A DNA stretch of 64,000 nt. It comes from Ptychomitrium polyphyllum (Eukaryota). Location of the stretch: assembly GCA_973851085.1 (NCBI GenBank), contig OZ316775.1, positions 18,972,001 to 19,036,000 on the forward strand, given 5' to 3'. The translations under genes were made by a program, and so were the position numbers. The notes beneath the pieces are model-generated. The model was not told where the DNA came from and searched no databases. It saw only the letters and a list, made by a program, of their open reading frames with translations. Position 1 is the first letter of the stretch; the number at the start of each line of letters is the position of its first letter. Shown in pieces: positions 50,924-61,669 of this stretch.

Positions 50924-53900
50924 TTGATGCATGGGTAAGGTTCACAAGGTTTGAAACAGCATAATCTGTGCCGCGTTAGAGAACATTAATTTGTCATGCA
51001 CACGCGCAGAGCGTGTATGCATTAAGAGAACACAAGTTGCCCGTGTGCTACGAAAATTTGATGATACCAAGAACTCAGCTGGCAACAGTCCTTCACAACT
51101 CCTCTGTGAAGGTCACACTCTCGAAGGGCAGTGCGTACGATTTCAGAAAGACAACTTGGCCATACAGATTAATTGTTTCCAAGAGGAATTTGGACTATAT
51201 CGAAACCTTCTCAGCGTCTTCCAATATAGTACTTGGATGGACAGACCTCCATTCCTACCCTTCTCGTGATTGATGGTGATTGATGACAAGGAATAGTAGG
51301 AAGTGATTAAATGTACATAAAAATTCATTATCTATTGTGGTCCATGTGGGGTGTATTATGTGATGAGCTCTGTGTCCGTAGTTGAAAGGATCTTGTCATT
51401 CTATCATGTACAATGTCCAGACATTCAAGTCATCAATGAACAGCTCTGTCCATGCTGAAGGAAATTGATACAGTTCTCACGTTACCCTGTTTCGGCGCTC
51501 TACCCTCTGTCCGAAGTCACTGTGTGAGTTCGAGTACAATACACCCAAAATTTTATTTCAGGAATAGTTTACATATTTTGATCGTCTGGTAATAGTGTAC
51601 ATCAGATGAGATTCTGTCTAATTAATGGATGGTCAAATTAAACTTCTCATGCAAGCAAGACGCTCTTGTCCATTTTGGTGCAACAGCAAATTTGTGATTC
51701 ACTTCCCTCCACCAACTTTGCCCGTTGCTAATTCCAAGGTTCCGTTTCAAACCATAAACTACGAGCCTAGCAAATGAGCAGTGAAGACAACACTCTAAGC
51801 AAACCTCGAACGTGCAATCTATCATATGTAATCTAATCTCTGAACTGAGCGAAACAGCAATCTGTACTTTTAAGCAGTGTGAGACCAGTCACGTACTTCC
51901 ATACTTACCGTTGCAATGAGCCAGCTGATGCTAACTCCTTCCTAGTAACCACTCGATTCAAGACTTTGTCCCAGGTAGGAACCACCCTGTCAAGGCAAGG
52001 AGCGGCATTCAAACGCAGCACAGTGAGTGACCACGTCAAGCTGTTTGCAATATCGCAAACAGTATGTGGTCCTACGATTAAAGCTGCGCAGCTTCCATAG
52101 ACACCATCTCCTACAGAGGCAGTAGATGGTCATGGCAGTGCTAGCAGCTGCAACAGATTCGCATGAAGTCCATCCCTGGTTTTCTCCGGAAGCCTATGGC
52201 TTTCATGCACAAACTCAACCAGGATTTGATCCTGGTCGTTGAAACTCATGCAAAAGCTACGTGCTCATGACCAGAGTAAACACAGACCAGCCTTCCACTC
52301 AAACTCAGTTCTGATTCATGTCTTTGAGTGACAAGGCCTCCACTCGAGGGAGACAATTTGTGTGCTGTTTGTAGGTTCTCCAAGAGATATTTATCTTTAG
52401 CTTGAGTTTAGAAAATTTCTCAAAACTCCTTTATTCAAACTATGAACTATAGATGATTTCTGATAATTGTCTCTAGCGTTTCTACATTTTTATATTTTTA
52501 ACAACTTTGTTGTGGTTGTGGAAGTCACATATTATGATACATTTAAGGTGCATCAAATTGGATGTCACTTATTTGTATTAATATTTAATAATTTCTACTT
52601 TTTGTGAAATTGTTTTACAAAATGTTTATGCATCTAGGGCTTGTGAAAGTTATGCATAATGAAAATTAGATTTTGTGTTTTGATTTAAGGAAGTAGAAAA
52701 GGGCATTTGACCAAAAGTTAGTCTTGATATTAGAGTCTATGAGTGATTAGAAATCCTAAGCAAATTCCAAATATAACTATTATAGCAATAACACTAACAA
52801 AATGAGGGAAAGAAATGATGTAAGAATGACATCTTTTAAATTAACTTAATTCCCAAACTTTCACAGCTTAAAGATTATGAGAAGTTATTTCTTGTTCTAT
52901 TCCTTTATCTTGTTAGTTTAGTGTGTTCTTTTTCTAATCTTGTACAATAGTTCAACAATATCTTGTATAAAGATTGTATTTATAAAAATGTCACATTTAT
53001 ATGTGGCATTTTTTATCTCTTGTTTTTTATTAATTAATTGTCAATCTATTCTTTAATCTTTCTCTAACACTCTTTGAATTGGCCTTATTGATTTTTGTAA
53101 GAACATCATTCATGACAATTTCATATGCCATGTGTCGATTTTACAACTATTTTGTTATCATTCTTCTTTGATACTTTTTTTAGTTATTTGGCCTAGTTAT
53201 TTCGTTTTGTTTTAAAACAAATAACAAATCCTTAGTCCTAAAATATTTCAATATTTAATTAAAATTTTTGTTCATGAATGGATATGATTATTAAAGTGTT
53301 GTTAACCTTTAAAACTCTCATAGGAATAGTACACACATCAATTTAAATTTCACATTTATTGTGGCCATAAAGCTCCAAACTGGAATCCCAATAGCTCATC
53401 AGTACCACACTGGCATGAATTCTTTGACCTCATACCTGTAAAAAGTGTAGAATCGTTCCAAATCCAACAAAAGAATAACACAAGTTGCAATGACCTCTTT
53501 GTATCTTTAAGAAATTAAGAGTACAGAACTATTCTTAATATCCCAAAATGATGCCTCGAACACAGAGAAACATAGGCAAGCTGTGAAAACCGACCTTGTA
53601 TCAGCAACGTCATGCCGATGTCAGCCTGTCTAAATATGGGAATATTCTGATATTATGGCTTGAAACAATGCAGAGATAACCGTAGTCTGTTATGCAGCTA
53701 CCTATGTAGAGAAGTCCCTGGATCCTCAACACCAGGACGTTTTCAATCCTTGCCTGAAGAAAATTTCTTGAGAAGAAATTCAAATTTCTTTTGACGGCAT
53801 ATATTGAAACCAACCTCAACTGCAAGGTGTGAAGAACCGCAACTTAGCGACGGGACGGGAAAGAAAGAGAGGAAAGATAAGAAAAGAGAAACCGAACCTA

Positions 53901-55192
53901 AGGACTCAAGCCCAGCCAACCCACCCCAGTCTCAAGATCCGGAGGGAATCTGGCAAGCTAGTATCGTTTTATGATTCTTCTAAAGATTTCTGCAGCAATC
54001 TGAACGCTATTCACAAGCTTTGTTCACACTGTGGTCTTCGGTGAGACCGAGTCCATTTGCGGCAACTCGTTCGTGAAATCCGGTCACTCTCTACGAGATG
54101 TGCGTTCGAGAAAATTGTCTGCTGACATTCGATTTCTTTCAGTACATACAGCAAATGAGATTGTCCCTTCTTTTATGTTAAATACCTGGACACAGATATA
54201 TTTTTCAAATGGGACCATTATTACAAGTTCGGCAATAAAGCATTCCTACATCAAGAACTATGTGGAGTTTACCGTCGCAGTTCATCTAGATTCTTTAAGT
54301 GTTGCTTGTCGTACTAGAAGAGAGGCGGGATTTGTACACTAACCATTGACACTCAGATGTGGCCAGATTCACTCAAAACTCCACTTCAGGCCAAGTGGAC
54401 AGGTCCCTCGTTTATTGTAGTGTCACCAAAGTGACCCAGACCAAAAGCATAATCCCGACCATCCACACCCACAGCTACTGGAAGCGTATGTACCTGGCTT
54501 TAGTGCAATATTTTCTCAACTTGAAAGATGTGACTGCTGGCGACTTTTGTTAGATCTGCAAATACAGTAACTGCCGGATGAGAAACTTACTTGCTACCAG
54601 CAGAATAAAAGTATGCCACTTCAGGTAGTTTCTTATATATGTCTAATTATAAACATTATGCTGAATGACTGCTCCCAAGTGCGTACAAGTATTGCAACTC
54701 ACACGAGGTAACGTTCCTCGTCCTCATTGCTGTCTTCTGTCGCAGAGGTCACAAATCTGCACAGTAGTTTAGACACTTCGTTACCGCAAGGGTTAATTAT
54801 CCAGTTTCCAAACGGTTGATAGGTTTGACGGCAAAGCACCAACTTAAAAGCTGCGTTTGGCAATGGCGACATAACACATGGAACAATATTATATTACTAT
54901 GACAAATAGAGTACGAGGCTTTTAGAGTCAGATTCTCCTCTTATGACAGAGTCAATCTGCAACTTGCTCGATAGCCTTTGATAGACTTTGCAATTGAGAC
55001 AGTCCAGTATTTAACCAACATCACTTAGCCACCTCTCTCAGGTTTCAACCAGATTACTACAATCTGCTTCGCAGTTCTGCAAGTCTATCCATTCTACAGT
55101 AGAATCTCAACGCAGTACTATTGCGGACTAGAAGTACAGTTTGTAGGTGCAGCTGAGTATTGTATTTGAGAAAGGACTGAGGCTTGAAGGCG

Positions 55193-56749
55193 ATGGGTTC
55201 ACCTAACCAGCGAACATATTGGCTGCTTCTTCTCGTCGCCCTGACGAGTGCTCTTAGCCGTGGCAGCTCCGCAGCAGCAGTTTGCAATGGTGTCGACAAG
55301 CAAGCCTTGCTAACATTCAAGAGTCAGCTGATCGACAGCAACAAGTTTCTGGATCCATGGAAAACAACCACAAATTGTTGCACATGGCCGGTAGGGATTA
55401 CTACTACTCTCCATCGTCATATATCACAAATACTCATCGACTGCTGAATCAATACTCAATCAGCTCTGTTGAATTTTTGGATTTTTTGTTGTGTTGTTGG
55501 CAGGGAGTGACGTGCAATGCAGCGGGACGAGTCACCAAATTGTTCCTTCTCGACCCTACTGCATTTCCGGATGCTGATCTCAACGCCAATATGAAGATGA
55601 AACCCGGCCTCTAGGGCGCAGGGGCATCGCTGGGAGCTCTGAAAGCCCTGCAGCAGCTTGAGTTACGCAATGTCGCGTTCAACTTCGCTTACCCAGTTCC
55701 TCGAGAGCTTGGCTCGCTACCGGCTCTTACCTCGCTCGTCTTCATTGGCACGCAGTCCATTGGCCCCATCCCAGTCGAGCTTGGCAACCTCAAGACAACG
55801 TTGTAGGCTCTGATTCTTGATGGCAACAGATTCCCTGATGGCATTCCGGTAACACCCGCAGCACCTCACGTGATCACTCCTCCTTTAAGTCCTATGAGAT
55901 CGCTCCGATTGTCCCATTCTTGGAATTAACCTAATCCGGTAATCTTGGTGAGCAGGATGTCTTCGGTGACCATGCAGCTCTGACTTCATTGATCGTCAGC
56001 AACAACCAGATGAAGAAGATCGGCTCCCAGCGCATCACGATGCTGAAGAAGCTGGAAGCCTTCGACGTCAGCACGAACTTGCTCTCCGGACCCATCCCCA
56101 CGTGGTTGGGCAAGCTCACCATCAGCGACTACATCGAGCTCGGGCAGAAGCAGTTCTCGGGCTCTATCCCGGGAGATTTCTGCATCATCCGAGGCCTCAA
56201 GCGCATAATTATCTTCGGCACCCAAGTAACGGCCATCCGCCCCAGATCGGTAACTGCACAACCGAAACGGAACTCGTGCTCTTGGACAACAAAATCGCAG
56301 GGAAGCTGCCCTTGAAACTCGCCAAACTGAAGAACTTGCAACGGTTTTCCGTGAGATTCAACCAAATGTCGGGTCCTCTGCCCCCGGCACTTGGCGACCA
56401 GCCATTGCTCAGAGAATTCGATGTTGGCCACAACAAATTCTCCGGAAACATTCCTGCCAACTATGGTCCCTTTGACGAGGATGAATTCAGCACAAACTTC
56501 AGCGAGAACCAGTTGTCAGGTAACAACAATCATAAACCCTAAGCCCTGATCCCTGATCCAGACTAGATCTGTGCACATGAATGAAATGTTTGGTTGCGAA
56601 TGCTTACCAACGGAAATCATGGTGGTTCTTGTGCAGGTCCGATTCCGAAGCTTCTGAGCAAAATGCGTATCGCCGTTTTCCGGCCCGGGAACGCTGGCCT
56701 TTGTGGTGCACCACTTCCAGCGTGCATATGCAATTTCAGACACAATTGA
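55193..56749 (+). pseudogene. Secreted LRR protein (PGIP-like) pseudogene
   Basis: Signal peptide, LRRNT cap (CNGVDKQALLTFK...WKTTTNCCTWP/GVTCNAAGRV), plant LRRs (GPIPVELGNL, NLLSGPIPTWLGKL, NQMSGPLPPALG) and the C-terminal cap NAGLCGAPLPAC. In-frame TAG at 55612 and 55804, plus frameshifts near 55860-55950 and 56240. Confidence 0.88.
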
Positions 56750-59700
56750 TGACGCCACTAATATCTGTATGCCTTGAATACAAGTAGCAATTATAAAACA
56801 TGCACATCGACTTGATCAGTGTGGTCCTAGCTTATCACTTCCCTCAGTGGGTATTACTAGGAAAAAACCACTTCGGTGCAGCATTTATATGGATTTACTG
56901 GACAATTGTGGGTTGCGATACTACTGTATCTCGTCTGAAGACCGAAACAGTAGTTTAAATTCTTGTACAGTTTTCGGACTACAGTTAGGAAGTTTGATGC
57001 ATAAACCATCAAAATGCTTGACAAGGTTCTTTCAACCTAAACAGCAAAACACACAACTCATCACAATTCTCACTTTCTCCAGCACTTGGGCTATCGAATC
57101 TGTTTTTGAGCACGCGAAATTCTTGGCACATTTGTAGAAGTGTTGGATATTACAATGTCTCTGACTTGGAGATATAATGATTAACGGCATTTCGAGAATT
57201 CACCGCTATATAGGTTTTGGGGGATTATGTCGTTATGAGCATAGTCGAAAAAACCATATTTCAAATGTGGCTTGGGGATATACAGTGTGTGGTTCATCTC
57301 GTTTCCTTCGGATGGAGACAGCCACCCTGGATGCCAGCCCTTAATCAACTAGATGGTATCAAATTCTGCTTAGTGTGAGTGTGGGAATGAAGTGCACTCA
57401 GTTGCCTGATCCTTTGCTTAACTTCGGCACGATTCTGATGTCTATGAAAATAGGTCAGCATAAGCATAATAATATTAATGTCAGTAGGCTGGCTGTGGTG
57501 GGAGCATGGTTTACCATGACATGACAAAGCGAAGAGCTTTGAGCAGTTCCAGGTGCAGAAAGAGATGCAGGAACTCAAGGAGAGCACACCGGAAATAAAT
57601 TTATTGGCCCACCATTAGAAAACTCTAATCCCCAACGCGGCACCACCGGTAATCACGCAACAATTAAACCCAAAAGGTAGAGATTCGTAATATAGACTCA
57701 GATTTCGCTGAAGAAGGTTGCAGAGGAAGCAGGGACCTCTGGAAAGAAAATGACTCCGCGGTTCATCTCCTGATAATTTTGGAGTCAGAGTGATGCTTTT
57801 AGGTCTAGGATTTGCCCTGATAATCTTGCTTGGTTTTCCTTCAATCGAAGAGTAGGTTCTGATTTTGTAGAATCATTAAGACAGAGAGATGCTCTGAGGT
57901 TTGGAATGCCCTGATGATCTTGGTTCAGTTGTGCACATGGTTGTAGCTTTTAGAATATTTGCTGGCATGAGATCATTATGTGACCTGCCCAGGCATCGAT
58001 ACATACGATGCGTTTTTCTCCCGGCTCTCCAAAGCCTTAGGTGTTGAAGTTGGGCGACGTTGTGATGCTTCCTGTTTCTCTAACAAAGTGGAAGGTGTGA
58101 TTGTTGTTGGGCTGTTTGTAGGCCTTTGCCAATCATAGTGGCTGTGTCTGTCTTATTGAATTTTATATCTAGTTCTGTGCATGGAAGAAGCTACTCGGTC
58201 TACATTCTGAAACCTTAACCGTAAACATGGTTGCTGTTCAAGGTTGGTGTAAGATGCTCATCAGATTCACTAATCAGACCAGATATGGTTTGACGGTTTC
58301 AAATCCTAGAACCCCTAGCTGTGTTTTCTAAGGTTGTTGGTCTCTAATCTTCTCTTGTCATGAAGCTCAAAGTTTACGTGAGCTCTGTTCGTCAGGGGGT
58401 GCAAAGCTGCTCCTGTACATGATGAAATATTTGAGAAGTACTAAATACTCGTAAGTGATATATTCCTTAGTTATGATTGTGACGAGCAGTTCTACTTGCT
58501 TATCGCAGATCTTGCTAAGTGTCTTTGGGGCCTTAATGAGTGAATTATAGTCTATAGTAGGCAAAATATCTGTAATGCCTAGTTTTGTCGGTTTGTAGCA
58601 ATTACGTAACATGACGTTTGTATGTGTTGTTGTGGAATGCATGGCATCTAGCTTCTGATCCGGTATGGCTCTCAAACACTACCTTTCTCAATCTCTGACG
58701 ACATGTGGTTCAATGGGGTCATGTCAACTTAGTCTACAAAGTCTACAATGTCATGCCTACAAAGTCTACAATGTCATGCCTACAAAGTCATGGCATAATT
58801 TTCATGAAGCAGAATAGATCAATGTGTTGCATGACGAATGGTTTCGACCAGAACAGATTATGCGCAATTCATTGAATGCTCCACAAGCGGTCGCTTAGAA
58901 ACGGACTTAAAGTTCACGTATCAACCTGACGCATCGGTTCTAAAGCGCGTAATCGATGGTTGCAGAGTCAAATCTCGCCCCCATGCTTCGTCAAGCGACT
59001 GACATTTTGGAACTTCGATAATCCTCAAGGAAAACGTCCCTCAAACAGAGGCAGTGCTGGTAAAGATCTCTTAGAGCGCATGCATAGGACGCCTATGACG
59101 GAGGCGGGTAGCAAAAGGATGTTTTGATGGGGGTGGGGAGAAGAGGGTTGCATTTAGGGAGGTTTGGACATTGAGGAGAATGCGCCAAGAAGGGAGCACG
59201 GGCCACTCTATGGATGGAGGGTGAGGCCTTTGGATGTGTCAATGTGTGTTTATAAATTTTCTTGTGTATCATACATTTGATATACACAATAATATTGGTA
59301 TGAATTAACTATAATCCACTTATCCATATTATCTATTTCACAAAAATAATATGATATCATATCAGTATTATTTTTGTGAAACAGCAGGCACAATAGGATT
59401 ACCTATACTGAGCTTCATAATACTAGTATTGGTTTTTAATTTCGTATGCACTAGTTTATGTTTGAAATAGGGGAAATTTGCAACTTCCTATGTTTATTCC
59501 TCTAATGGCACCTCTAATCCCAATTATGTCAAACTTGTCATTCATAATACATTCAAAATCAACTTTACAATTGAGATTGTAACCAAACATGTATCTACAA
59601 ACTATGGCAGGAAAACTTAGCTTTGGTGGTAACAAACATCAACACATATTACTTCTAGTACAAAATAAATGGCATGTTTTTTGATGAAGGATCAACTTCC

Positions 59701-61669
59701 TGCAACAATATCACACTTTACAAGTTCTACAGTAGTCAAGGGAAAGTGTGGATTAGCATACAGGGTGCTGAACTAGGGCATCAATGGTTTAAAATGGATT
59801 AAAATGCTACTGTACTTGAATGGTACAGACATCACCAGCTATGCAACCTGCAAAGGTAAGACCATCCTCACCCTTGGAGTTAAACAACACTGCATAATGA
59901 TGCTAAAACCTTCACTTGCCACGGCCTGACAGCAGAGCAAAGCGTGACCTTCTCATCTCCTTTGGAACCTTCTAGCTCTATTACTTCCAGCTTCTAGGTT
60001 TGCTCCAGTAAGTCTACGGAAACATAATGTTGTTAGGTGCTGCAGATCACTAATATTGTTAACAACCAGCAAGGGTGCCTCACTTTGTTTATACATATAA
60101 GTATGATCCCAAAATGGTTTGCACCATTCTTCACACTGCGCTCATCAACGCTAACGCTATACTTTGAACTGTGTCTTTTGCCAAAACTCAAATTTGGGAG
60201 AGCTGCTTAGGAACCAGGGACAGGAAGGGAAATGGATTCATTTTACCGCTCGTACTGCTCACAAACCGTACCTTTTCTCTCCTGTTCCTGTTCTCCTTCA
60301 GAGGGACTTCTCTGGTGACATCTCAAAAGTGGAATTAATTAGAGTCACGGACTTTCTTTCCTCTTCCTTTCGCACAAATCGAGCTTCATTTAATTGCAAA
60401 GAGTGACTAAATTGCAACTTTTGCTCGAAGTTGTTTGCTGTCGGCAAGACCGTCTTGCAATTATGAAGATTCATTTTGCTAGACTTCGTAGGTGTTTTAT
60501 AATCTCAGACAGTTAGCTTTACTTGTAGGCAGATACAGCATTACTAGAATGTTTTTTTGAGAATTATTATGAATAATTCAATAAAGAAGAAACTGATAAA
60601 TCTATGCACGCTGGTTGGGATGCTCGTGGTTCTATGAGTCGCAGAATACATCTTTTTCGTGCACGTGACTGAAGAAGCCACGGCCTGCCCGTTCAAAAGC
60701 AAGCCCCGCGAGAATTGACCTCCGCCGCAACACCGCAACCCCAGTTCCCAATTCCTCTCCGTTCCGCTGCGACGACAGATCTCATCCCAAGGCTAACATT
60801 CATCCACCTGCCAGATCCACGTCCGAATAGGATTAGACCGCACTGAGTCACATCTCTGAGAAATCCTCCGCTGTAGATACGTGGCGCAAAAACAACCGAG
60901 ATAATCTCTTTACCCACGTGGGAGGCCGATTTCAAAACCGCCACCACAACCCAACTATCGACAATTATCTACTGATTCAGAACAAAATAAGTCTACGTGA
61001 ATCATAGATAAAGTTGTTTAAACACGAAGACGGTTTGTGACCGGATGTGGATCTAGATTTACGTATGAGTTGCAGATTTCAGAAAATGAAATAAACTCCA
61101 TGTGTACATAACGGCCGTTTTTGGACATAGAGACGGTTTCGGGTATTGGCCTCCTTCACAGACGAGGAAGATAATATTTCGTTTCGGTCGTGCCACGTAT
61201 CCATGGAGGCGGATGATCTTCGTGAACAGAGCCTCGGGCATCGGCAACCCTGAGAGGCGTGGCTGGCAAGCAACGAAGCCTGGTCATACGAATCGCTCGT
61301 AGGCCTTGCGTGGCAGATCTCGCTGTGGCCGCCTCTCACCACAAGGGTTTGATGCCGCGGTTCTCTACTTGCAGGACACGGTTTGCTAGTTCTAGAAGAG
61401 TCTCGAAGCGACGGAGTCTGGATAGTTGTCTCGAGGAGTGGAGAGCTCTGGAAGTTTATTTATACGCTTGGAGCGTTTGCTGGAAGAAGTTTTCTATGAA
61501 ATCTTAGGGAGCCTGTTCTTGAGTCTGGCTGCGATTTTGTCCTGCCTTGTGCTGTTTAGGCGGCGAGTCTGGAGAGAAGTCTGGGAGTTGAGATTTTGTA
61601 GTTGATGGTTTGTTCGCTTGTGTTGACCGGGCTTCTTTCGGAATCCGGGCTTCGTTGTTGAGTCTGGCT

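Noticed and set aside
50787..50945. N-terminal extension in the 165-aa ORF call
   Set aside because: It starts at a non-ATG codon and spans the TATA box; the ATG at 50786 directly precedes the signal-like segment.
57790..57930. Possible C/D snoRNA (GTGATG...CTGA)
   Set aside because: The C box is imperfect and no rRNA guide was recognisable; a short degenerate direct repeat explains it better.
58733..58792. Short local duplications (also 26018-26048 and 40403-40433)
   Set aside because: Ordinary slippage duplications with no further structure.
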